Origin: Octopus bimaculoides | Lineage: Eukaryota | DNA length: 64,000 nt | Assembly (NCBI RefSeq): GCF_001194135.2 | Contig: NC_068986.1 | Location: forward strand, 27,578,357-27,642,356 | Direction of reading: 5' to 3' | Part shown: piece by piece, positions 13,057 to 24,333 of the stretch | Numbering within the stretch: position 1 is the first letter of the stretch | How the letters are laid out: the number at the start of each line of letters is the position of its first letter | The notes under the pieces: model-generated | Told to the model about the DNA's origin: nothing | The model's input: the letters and a program-made list of their open reading frames with translations, nothing else | Databases searched by the model: none | Translations under genes and position numbers: made by a program

Positions 13057-13323
13057 CAAACCCTTTCCTTTCTATATTTCTCTTGAAATTATTTCAGTTA
13101 ATTTTTTTCAATTAATTTTTCAAATTATGAAGTGTTTGCTGTAAATTTAATAAAATTTATCAAGAATTTAGTGAAATAACTGTCATAATTAAACAGGTGT
13201 TTGAAGCATAAAATTTACATGAATTTTTGTAAGAAGGTTTTAATTTAGATTATTATTTTAACTAAGAAGTCTATGTCAAAGAACCAAGGGCTGTCTCAGG
13301 TGGGTTGGTATCAAAAGGGCGAA
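13057..13323. mobile_element. Degenerate TTAACCCTTT-ended MITE (piggyBac-like ends)
   Basis: Ends CAAACCCTTT... and ...AAAAGGGCGAA; related fragments at ~41745-41860 and 42330-42540; a different TTAACCCTTT-ended element at 45826-45944 is interrupted by a family D SINE. Confidence 0.55.
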
Positions 13324-13687
13324 ATAACTCTGGAAATAAGTTGTCGGCCTCTGGATCGACAGGTTCCTCAGCATTTTCCCTAAGTGGTACAATGCTGTAC
13401 GTACCCCTTGGATAAGTCTCTGAACCATTACTTTGTTACTGTTTATATCATATTAAATCAGATACAGAAAAGAATGACTAGGTGGTAGTGGTATGCGTGG
13501 AGCCTACTGGAAACTGGCCTGTAATTCAGTGAATTTTCACTGCCTAGTCTGAAGTCTCTGACATAAAAATACACAGTAGAATAAATGATATACTGTACCT
13601 ACTTGTTCTATCTCTCTTTTCCTCTCTCCATATATATATATATATATAGACACATACATACATTCATATATATATGTGTGTGTGTAT

Positions 13688-13732
<45 letters not shown>

Positions 13733-14329
13733 TACATACATATNNNNNNNNNNNNNNNNNNNNNNNNNNNNNNNNNNNNNNNNNNNNNNNNNNNNNNNNN
13801 NNNNNNNNNNNNNNNNNNNNNNNNNNNNNNNNNNNNNNNNNNNNNNNNNNNNNNNNNNNNNNNNNNNNNNNNNNNNNNNNNNNNNNNNNNNNNNNNNNNN
13901 NNNNNNNNNNNNNNNNNNNNNNNNNNNNNNNNNNNNNNNNNNNNNNNNNNNNNNNNNNNNNNNNNNNNNNNNNNNNNNNNNNNNNNNNNNNNNNNNNNNN
14001 NNNNNNNNNNNNNNNNNNNNNNNNNNNNNNNNNNNNNNNNNNNNNNNNNNNNNNNNNNNNNNNNNNNNNNNNNNNNNNNNNNNNNNNNNNNNNNNNNNNN
14101 NNNNNNNNNNNNNNNNNNNNNNNNNNNNNNNNNNNNNNNNNNNNNNNNNNNNNNNNNNNNNNNNNNNNNNNNNNNNNNNNNNNNNNNNNNNNNNNNNNNN
14201 NATATGTGTGTGGTCTTTGTCTTGTGTAGGTGTCTGCGGTGTTTGGTCCTTCTGTTTGTCTTTTGCGTGTGCGTGTGTGTATGTGATATTTGATGATTAT
14301 GTATGCCGTGTTTGGTCCTTATGTTTATC

Positions 14330-14378
<49 letters not shown>

Positions 14379-14684
14379 GTATTTGTTGGAGCAATGGTTG
14401 ATGTTTGTTCTTGGCGGTTTATCAAATACTTTACTGATTGACTTTTTGAATAATGGAATAATATTGGTTAATGATTCCAGTCTGTTGCAGTTCAACATAC
14501 TAGTTCAGTTATTTGTTTATTTTTACCTTCATTTTGATTTTGATTTTGATTTTTCTTTTTTGTCTTTTTTTTTTCTGTTTTCAATTTTTTTTTTTTTTCT
14601 GGACTCAATAATAGCTCTCATCCCCACTCCCATCTTCTCACTCCATCTCAACTGTTTGCTTTACCTCTTCTGTCTTTGACATTA

Positions 14685-14725
<41 letters not shown>

Positions 14726-14988
14726 ACCTCTTTCTTTGTCCACATTCTTGTTTTCCATCTTTTTTTTTTCTGTTCTCTTTCTGTTTGGCTATCTATCTAT
14801 CTGTATTTCTTTCTTTCTTTTCCTCTCTTTATCTCAATCATTCCTCCCCCCCCTCCCTCTTCTTTTGTCTGTTTGTCTTTCCCTAACCCTTTCTTTTTGA
14901 TCTAGGCTTTCTTCTTTGTCATTCTTACTCACCCCCTTTATTTTCATTTCTCATGCTTTCCCTTTCATTAATTGCTCCCCCTCTCCCT

Positions 14989-15029
<41 letters not shown>

Positions 15030-15162
15030 TTACTGATTCTTTCAATGTCTTTTCTCTCTCTTTCATTAATTGTCTCTCACTTTTATTTGTTCTCTCTCTC
15101 TCTCTCTCTCTTCACCCTCTCCAGGCTAACATCATGATATGTGTGTTTTTCTCCATTCACCA

Positions 15163-15204
<42 letters not shown>

Positions 15205-16150
15205 GTCAATGTTTACTGTAAACACTTTATTGTTTACCTAAATGATGCAAAAGCTGGCCCGCCACTGGTGTTCTGAGGTCTTTTAATTATCTCCGCCACT
15301 CTGTTTGGTCTTTGATAAATGGCTATTGAGCTGACTGTTTTATGCTGGAATAATCTAATATTTGACTGGCTTACAAAAACCAGCTCCAGGAACAAGACAC
15401 CCTTGTTGCATCACAGTTTATGCTGGAACTGTTTACAGATTTCTGTTAGTTTAGTGCTTGTTTCAGTGTCGGATTTTTCAAGTTTTTTTTTTCTTCCATT
15501 TATTTCATCCTATTGAATTTTTATGTATTTGTATGTTTGTGTTTGCTTTAATTTGCTATTTGTTTTTCCTGTGTCTGAATTTTTTTCTTTTTTTCTTCTT
15601 TTTTTTTCTTCTTTTAAATACGAATCTAATAAAATTGAATCCAATTTGACTTTTTTATGTTTTTTTTTTCTTGTTTGCTTTTGTTAGTATTACAGTTGTG
15701 GGTATTAGTGTACTAGTTGTTTCCATTGATCATTCACACCGTTAATTTGTATTTTATCTTATTATCACATGATTTTTATATGTGTGCGTGTGTGTCGGGG
15801 GTGTATGTATAATTTCAATATTGCTCTGTTCAGTTGCACCTATTGTTGTCTTTCACCTATTATTCTCTTTTCCAGACTGTCGCTTCCATTCTCTTGTTCT
15901 GTCCACCTGTCTTTCTCGCCATTCCCACCTTACAATTCTATCGTCATGCACCAGCATAACCACACATGCATTCCAAATAGTACTGATACATGTTATTGTC
16001 TACATTCACGCACATATATATATCTTTTCCCTGAACTAATATGAATAATGCTGATCATAATGTTACTGCTTAGACCCAGGGTGGCCCTGAGTAAGCAGGC
16101 CTATGAACAAAAGCATTCCAACGATTTCCATTTCATCCTTTTTCTTCTAG

Positions 16151-16345
16151 TCATCATTCATCATCATTTAGCAGCCATTTTCCATGCTGGCATGGGTTGG
16201 ATGGCTTGACAAGAGCTGGCATGGTCAGAAGCTGCTGAAGGTTCTATAGTCGGTTTTAGCTTGGTTACTACAGCTGGATGCCCTTCCTAATGACAACCAC
16301 TTAACAGAGTGTACTGAGTGCTTTTTATGTGGCACTATGACCAGG
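16151..16345 (-). mobile_element. Family B repeat
   Basis: (TCA)n tail, CCATGCTGGCATGGGTTGGA, GGATGCCCTTCCTAATG. Confidence 0.9.
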
Positions 16346-16391
16346 GCTTTTCATGTGCTCCTTATTCAGTGTAATTTTACATATTGTTTTT

Positions 16392-16790
16392 AGGACCCGA
16401 GTGGGATCACTGCCAGAGCAGTGGCTGCTCTTCTGTGCCGGTGGCACATAAAAAGCACCATTTGAGCGCGATCGTTTCCAGCTTCGCCTTACTGGCTCTT
16501 GTGCCGGTGGCATGTGAACAAAACATTGGACTGACTCCTGTGCAGGTGGCATGTAAAAAAACACCATTTGAGTGTGGCCATTGCCAGTACTGCTGGACTG
16601 GCCCCCTGTGCCGGTGGCACGTAAAAAGCACCCACTACACTCTTGGAGTGGTTGGCATTAGGAAGGGCGTCCAGCTGTAGAAACTCTGCCAGATCAGATT
16701 GGAGTCTGGTGTAGCCATCTGGTTCGCCAGTCCCCAGTCAAATTGTCCAACCCATGCCAGCATGGAAAGTGGACTTTAAATGATGATGAT
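16392..16790 (+). mobile_element. Family B repeat with four TGTGCnGGTGGCA hairpin units
   Basis: Unit array followed by the conserved 3' body and (GAT)n tail. Confidence 0.95.
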
Positions 16791-18309
16791 TAGTCAGTAC
16801 CTGACGTATCTTGAGACAAAAGCAAAATGCTTCTAGACCTCTGCTATCTGATTATGTTTACTACCCAATTAAAAGTTTTTGAAGGTCCAAACAGTTATAA
16901 ACCATAACCAACCCATTACCTCTTCCCCTCTTTCAAGGCAGCCTTAGAAAGTTTATCTACACTATTGTTCTTCTTCAAGCCCTTTGTTATTGGAAGTAAA
17001 TAGCTCTCTGTTGCATACATTGATACTAGTGCTGGATTAACCACGAAGCAAAATAAACGTGCTTAAAGCATCAAGGAAAATGGTAAATGGTTTATGGCAC
17101 AAAAGAAATCACTTTAAACTTGTTAAAATAATATTCAAAGTAGTTTATATGACAGGAAGGATTTATTTTATGATTTATCATTGTCTATATTTTGAATTGC
17201 TTATATTGGAGCACCTAAACCTTTTAAGTGCTTGGAGCCTCTGTGGGTCCTAATCCAGCCAAGATTGATACACTCCATCTACAACACCACCACACCACTA
17301 TTTAGAAATATAAACCTTAGTTAAATGATGATGATGATCATGGTGATTGAACTTTATCTAAATTGGATCTGATGTTTTATAGGTTTTTTTTTAATATTCT
17401 TTCTCTTGGCAAGACCAATATCACTAGTGCCAGTGATATGGGAAAAGCATCCTGTACACTCTGTAAAGTGGTTGTCATTAAGAAGGGCATTCAATCAAAG
17501 AGACCATGCTAACAGTGGAACACTGGTTTCAAATTTTGACACAAAACTGGCAATTTCAGAGGAAGTTCAAGCACAAGACTGGCAAGTTCAATTACATCAA
17601 CCCCAGTGATTAACTGGTACTTATTTTATCAACCCTGAAAGGATGAAAGGCAAAGTCGACCTTGGTGGAATTTGAACTCAGAACATAAAGATAGACAAAA
17701 TGCTTAACTTTGTCTGACATACTAATGATTCTGCTGCTCACCGCCTGGAACATTAAGGCAAGATTTGGTTCTCCAACCCATTGGATCCTGTCTAACTGCC
17801 CAACCCATGCCAGCATTGGAAGCAAATTGTAAAATGACGACAACAATGGTGACAATAATGACTTTATAATGATATTGTCTTTCTCGTAGTTGTTGAAAGG
17901 CAGTTGCCACTTCCAAGGAGGAATATTCTAGTGAAATTTAAACAACAGACACAATAACATCTTGTAGTAACACATGAGTGGTGTTGCAAATTTATCTCCT
18001 GATCTTTCAAAGTGCTTGACTTTTTCCTGTTTCACTCTGAAGGCAGTCCTGTACTTGAGATTTTTCTCATCTTAAGTTTGATACATATCTACAGATGGTT
18101 GTACTATGACAGCATCTTAAAGTTGTGTGTGTGCGTGTGCACATGCACGTGTGTGAGGGAGAGAGAGAGAGACAGAGAGTAAGAAAGAGAAGTATACCAT
18201 TGTTTTTAACAGATGTTATGGTTATTTGGGATATTTACCATTTGCTTGCAGTTTGAATTATTTGTATTAGCAACCACCTGTCTTATCTTGTGTGTATGAA
18301 CATATGTCA

Positions 18310-18340
<31 letters not shown>

Positions 18341-18719
18341 CATGTATGTGTTTGTATGAATGTATCTATATGTTTATACACATGTAAGTGAATGTACATG
18401 TATGTGTGTGTGTCTGTGTGTGTGTCTGTGTGTGTAGATATATATGTACACACACACACATATATATACACACGTCACATATATTGGAGTTTCTTATATC
18501 TGTTAAAATGTCTAATTAATGAGCACTGTTGTTTATACCCTCCCTGATGAGATTGATACATTGATCTACATTATTCATCCTGTTGGATTTATTTTGAATG
18601 CATCCATCGAAACATATGTCGATGATATGAAGGTATAAATGATTTAATAACATCTTGAGTGTTTGTCTCCATTTTCAATTTTTCCTATATTTAAATGTAT
18701 GTATCATATGCATTTGTAT

Positions 18720-18887
18720 CATCATTATCATTTAATGTTTGTTTTCCATGCTGGCATGAGTTGGACGGTTTGACTGAAAACAGGTAAGCTGGGGAGCTGC
18801 ACCAGGTTCCAGTCTGGTTTGGCAAGGTTTCTATGGCTTGTAGCTCTTGAACCTTTGCCAAATCAGATTGGAACCTGGTGCAGCTTA
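18720..18887 (-). mobile_element. Family B fragment with internal foldback
   Basis: Tail and body on the minus strand; arms 18795-18831 and 18849-18885 are reverse complements. Confidence 0.85.
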
Positions 18888-18949
18888 TCAGTATGTGTGT
18901 ATGTGTGTGTGTGAATGTACGTTAAAATGATGATGATAAATATGTTATA

Positions 18950-19119
18950 TACTACACTCTCTGAGTGGTTGGCATTAGGAAGGGCGTCCAGCTGTAGAAA
19001 CTCTGCCAAATTAGATTGGAGCCTGGTGTTGCCATCCGGTTTCACCAGTCCTCAATCAAATCGTCCAACCCATGCTAGCATGGAAAGCGGACGTTAAACG
19101 ATGATGATGATGATGATGA
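18950..19119 (+). mobile_element. Family B 3' half, young
   Basis: ACTACACTCTCTGAGTGGTTGGCATTAGGAAGGGCGTCC...GGACGTTAAACG(ATG)n. Confidence 0.95.
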
Positions 19120-19128
19120 TATATTTAA

Positions 19129-19242
19129 CTAATTAACATGCTTTTCACACTTGCGTCTCTTTTCTCATTGTAGGTAAGTACATAATTTATGAAAAACCCT
19201 TCTTAAATGTTTCATCATTAAATTTTGGAATATGCGGTAAGT
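19129..19242 (+). other. Putative recursive splice site (3'ss/5'ss tandem) with a 63-nt RS-exon
   Basis: CTAAT branch motif 19129-33, pyrimidine tract, no AG from 19088 to 19171, TAG|GTAAGT at 19173/74, second GCG|GTAAGT at 19236/37. Confidence 0.55.
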
Positions 19243-19514
19243 TTTTAATTTTTACCTAATGCTGTTAAAGTTGTTCCTTAAATAAATGGGAAAAACAAGC
19301 CATGTTTTGGTTTAAAAAGCAATCAGGAAAAAAGGATCAGGGTTCAATACTTGTGACCTTTATAAGATCCTCCAGATGAGGGTGGTTGATACCCAGTACA
19401 CTGCTAGAACATCCCAAGGTCAATGTCTGCAAGAAATATAAAATAAAAAAAAAAGAAAATGGGTGGGGAGCTTGGTATGAAACCAAAGATCTTGTTAAAA
19501 TGTTTTCTATGATT

Positions 19515-19700
19515 AAGGCAGCAAGCTGTCAGAATCCTTAACACCCCAGACAAAATGCTGTCTTAAAATCCTGCCATGGTCAACTTTGCCTTTCACCCTT
19601 TCGGGGTCGATAAAATAAATACCAGTTATTGGGGCTGATGCAATCAAGTATCTCCATCCTCTGAAATTGCTGGCCTTGTGCCAAAATTTGAAACCAAAAT
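19515..19700 (+). mobile_element. Family C SINE
   Basis: AAGCTGTCAGAATCC head, GGTCAACTTTGCCTTTCACCCTTTCGGGGTCGATAAAAT body, GGCCTTGTGCCAAAATTTGAAACC end. Confidence 0.85.
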
Positions 19701-20238
19701 GTTTACAATTCAGAGCACTCTGCTAAAGGCACCCAAGTACCAAGGTACAGATGTACTAAGGTACCTAAGTACAAAGTGGCAGTGTTAAGCCAGGCAATTT
19801 GTTGTGCTTCTTACAACAGTTGTAGAGTCAGAGTTGTTTAGTTGAAATCAGTTAATATGTACCAGTTTTAACACTGACTAAATGTAAATTGTTATATAAT
19901 GCATTAAAGTTTCAAACAATGCTTTAATCTCGAAAAGGAAAGGTTATGTATGTAATTGATTTTTTTTTTTTCAAAATGATCATTTGTTAAGTTGTTTTAG
20001 GTGTTTTGGTCTTTTAGTTATTAGCTTTGATCTTAAGATTTTTTTTTTGTTTGAAGTAGAAAAGAAAGATGTTCTTGATTTTATTCTTTTATACTGTTTT
20101 TCATATTTTGTTTTTTGTTTTCAACTATTCTTTTACTCTATAGCATTTTTTGATAGAAGCAGCCACTTTTTAAAAAATTTTAAAAGTTAAGTTTTATGCT
20201 TAATTTTTTTTTTTGTATCTTCTTTGATAAAGAGAACA

Positions 20239-20280
20239 AATAAAGGGATTCCAATAAAGGGATTCCAATAAAGGGATTCC
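20239..20280. repeat. Perfect 14-bp x3 tandem repeat (AATAAAGGGATTCC)
   Basis: Read directly from the sequence. Confidence 0.98.
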
Positions 20281-20608
20281 ATAGCCATCACTCACAAACT
20301 AGGATAATTTAGTAGTAGCAGGTGCTTGGCTTTTACTGATTGTTTTAGGTGTCTGTGTAATTGTGAGTAAATGTGGACACCTTTTTAGCTTTCTCCTTTT
20401 TTGGGCCCTGTGAAACATGAAAGATGTGATAACTGGCGAGAGAAAGAGAGAGAGAGCAGCAGCAGCAGCTGCTTACATATGGCTGTTACTCACTTTTATC
20501 TGAGTAGACTGGATCAAACATGTAATCAAGTGCCTTGCTCAAGGACACAACGCCTTATGATTAATTGTAAACCCAACAACCCCTAAACACTAAACATGTC
20601 TTCAAAAC

Positions 20609-21008
20609 TGGCTGTGTGGTAAGTAGCTTGCTTACCAACCACATGGTTCCGCGTTCAGTCCCACTGCGTGGCACCTTGGGCAAGTGTCTCCTACTATAGT
20701 CTCAGACTGACCAAAGCCTTGTGAATGGATTTGGTAGATNNNNNNNNNNNNNNNNNNNNNNNNNNNNNNNNNNNNNNNNNNNNNNNNNNNNNNNNNNNNN
20801 NNNNNNNNNNNNNNNNNNNNNNNNNNNNNNNNNNNNNNNNNNCCAATGCTGATGTGTTTACGTTCCCGTAACTTAGTGGTTCGGCAAGACAAACCGATAG
20901 AATAAGTACTAGGCTTACAAAGAATAAGTCCTTGGGTCGATTTGCTCGACTAAAGGCAGTGCTCCAGCATGGTCGCAGTCAAATGACTGAAACAAGTAAA
21001 GGAGTAAA
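20609..21008 (+). mobile_element. Family A SINE, full length, internal microsatellite in the gap
   Basis: Head to 3' GCATGGTCGCAGTCAAATGACTGAAACAAGTAAA. Confidence 0.95.
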
Positions 21009-21848
21009 TTACGTATTTAAAAAAACGCCATGATGACATAGCTATAAACAGTAATAGGTTAAGGTGCTAAAAAGTAGTCTGATGACCATATATGGAAACT
21101 ATATTAATCTAATTCCAAACAGAAGCATTGGAGCTGGAGTATGTGGTGCCATGAACTGATAAGTCATAGTGAAAGGTTCTGTGTGTTGGCTCTGCAGCCA
21201 GTGCCTGCCACCCAAGGATAAGTCTATGCGTGTAAGAGTGTAAAATTACGATGAGGTATTGTCTCATCATCCATTATGATGTGAAGTTAGTGAGTGCTGT
21301 AATATTTTTGTAAATGTGGAGATATAACAAGACTATTACTAGATGATTATCAGATTGGAAAAACTGGTCTCTCTGGATCAATTTCATCACTTCTGTTAAA
21401 TTAATTAAACCAATTGGTCGTAATTTAATTTTGAATAAATAGTGAAATTAAATTGTAATTGGTAATAATTATTATCTTTTGTAGTATCTTGCAAACTGCT
21501 TTTCGGAATAATCATTTTAATAGGTTTCTATGGCATAGGGAAATGGTAATGAGTTTGTGGGTGTGGGGAATCATGACAGGAAAATAATTTGGGAACTATT
21601 GTGCAATAAAATTTTTTAAATGGACTGTTTATTTTTTATTATTTTTAAGATTTTTATTAACTTTGTTTCTGTTTTTTTTACAGCTGTAGTTATTTTGCGT
21701 GTTTTTCATATTCACATCTGTTGATTTTTCTTTCTATGTCTGCCTTATTGTTTTACAAGTATATTTTGCATTGTAGATTACATTACACCAGTGAGTGTTG
21801 GTGCATTAAGCCTTTCCTGAAATGTACTGAATGAATGCCATCATTTTA

Positions 21849-22135
21849 CTATTACCTCTGCTTTAGCAAAGGCAGAGGTGTTGTTTTCAGCCATGTTTGT
21901 TTGTTCGTTTGTCCATAGACAAGATATCTCAAGAATCGCTGGATGGATTTGGGTGAAACTTTCAGGGATGTTTGCTTTTATATGGGGACTTTTTTTCTTA
22001 AGATTCATTGTGAACAGTAGAATCCTATATTGATAATTTTCCAGGTAGATTAAAACACATAGACCAGGTTCTTCAATAGAAATCTGTCATCATTGCTGTC
22101 ATGGCCACCAAGGTGATAGCAGAGGTGTCTATTTT
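21849..22135 (+). mobile_element. Helentron-associated (HINE/DINE-1-like) non-autonomous element
   Basis: TATTACCTCTGC...GGCAGAGGT short inverted repeat, then GTTT/GTCC core and GGATTTGGGTGAAACTTTCAGG, the recalled HINE layout; possible second GCAGAGGT near 22118; 3' limit uncertain. Confidence 0.6.
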
Positions 22136-22369
22136 ATTATGTTGGCATAAGTAAGATGCAAGTTATTCAAGCAAATTTCCTATGGCTTTATGTTCTTCCT
22201 ATCCCCAGCTCTCATTTGTTTCTTCCTAGTTCCTTTCAACAAGGAACAGCTCAGTGACTGGACATGTTTTCATGTCAGACTGTAAATATAGACACCACCG
22301 TATAGGCAATGGAATTGCTTTTACGCAATGCACAAAAGCCGCACATTTGAACACACACTTGTGGCTGGC

Positions 22370-22520
22370 TTCTTTTAGTGTTTGCCTATCACTTCTATGC
22401 TCAAGGCATTGGTCATCTCAAGGCAATAGTTGACGACACCTGCTCTCAATGCCGCGCAGTGGAATCAAGCCTGCAGTCCACCTGGCTGCAAAGCAAACTT
22501 CTTAGCTACACTCAGGCATG
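22370..22520 (-). mobile_element. Family A SINE head, old
   Basis: Degenerate reverse complement of the A head; similar copies at ~32960-33120, 44098-44240, 47650-47830(+), 52330-52420(+), 53200-53335. Confidence 0.7.
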
Positions 22521-24038
22521 GAAAGAGAGAAGCTTCTTACACATTGTCTCTGAGATTCAAGTCATCTTGATTAAACCACAGTCAAGCTTACAGTGTACTG
22601 TAGTTACTACTGATGCAATTTGAAGTAGCTGTTTACTGAAATAAGCATGTCACAGACAACACATGTAATGCTTATAACAATGCATAACTATGCATTATGT
22701 CATTGGAGGTCTTGAGTGTTATTTATGAATGAGGTACCATGTTCATTCTGTTCAAGTACCTTTACTGCTTTACCGTTTTGATCTAAGAGACGACAACAAC
22801 AGCAACAAAATCGTGTTTTTTTTTTTTGTTTGTTTATATTTTCAACTGTGTTTATATATTTCTTTTCTCATTGTTGATTTTTCTCATATATTTTGAAGTA
22901 TTTTATTTATTTATTTATTTTTTTCTTTTTGAGTACATGTTTGCACAAGTCTCAAAGATTTTTGTCTGTAATCAATCTCTGTCTGTTCCCCCCTCCCTTT
23001 ATGCCTCGCTCTCTCTCTCTCTCTGCCGCCTTCTCAATACGTGTTTAGTTGCTTGTTTCTAATTTCACTTAAAACTGTTGTTTCTCTTAGTATTTTGTGC
23101 TTCATTCTTGCTGCCCCTCCCTCACTCTACCCCTTCCCCCCATAACACACTCCAGATGTCTTGTTAATTTCTCTTATATTCCAATTTATTTCTTAAGGAG
23201 ATAAGTGCTCTTTGTTCTTTACTTTTATTTTGTGTATTTTCTTCTACTTTTTTTTTCTTCCTATTTTCTCCTTATGTATAATCATTTCATCTTTCAGTTG
23301 AGTAAATTATCTTATTTGTGGGTTTCCTCCTATTTATAGACAAAACTATATTTCCTTACATCACTGGTAAAACTATTTAGTCTTTTTCCTCATTATAATT
23401 CGATGAGTTTTATTTTTGTTTTTTTTTTAGTTTTTATTTCATGTATTTATTTATTGTTAACTCTTGTCTCTTCACACCAACTTGCAATGTAAATTATTTT
23501 TTTCCCACCCATTAACGAGTTTGCGACATTTAATAACTCAATTAGGATTTCGTCGTCTTCATTCTTGTCTTTTACCACCGTCTTCTTCTTCATCTTCTTC
23601 TTCATCATTGTCATCATTGTCGTCACTGCCACCACTGCCATCATAGTCATCATTATCACCATCATCATCGTCACCACCACGTTTAATACCTGATATTTAA
23701 TGCCAACAAAATCTACACATTTCTTCAAATCTTCTCTTTGTGCAGTACATAATGGTAGAGTTTTAGTGTGCTAGTGGCTGCTAATGTCACTACTGCAACT
23801 GATATAAATCCTTCGCTCGGTCAGATTAAGTTCTAGATTATCTTCTAGGCAGGCAAGAATCGTCATCTATGATGCTCCTCTTTTGCCGTGTTGGTATTAT
23901 TCGTCAATGAAAAATAGAATTGCTTTGGATATGTATTTCGTCTGTCTCCCTTCTGCCTTCACTGATAGCATGCGGCTCATTGTTCCATCGAGTATTACCA
24001 TACATGTAGACATTTCTTTTTCTTTCAAAAAACTCTTT

Positions 24039-24098
<60 letters not shown>

Positions 24099-24279
24099 NN
24101 NNNNNNNNNNNNNNNNNNNNNNNNNNNNNNNNNNNNNNNNNNNNNNNNNNNNNNNNNNNNNNNNNNNNNNNNNNNNNNNNNNNNNNNNNNNNNNNNNNNN
24201 NNNNNNNNNNNNNNNNNNNNNNNNNNNNNNNNNNNNNNNNNNNNNNNNNNNNNNNNNNNNNNNNNNNNNNNNNNNNNNN

Positions 24280-24333
<54 letters not shown>

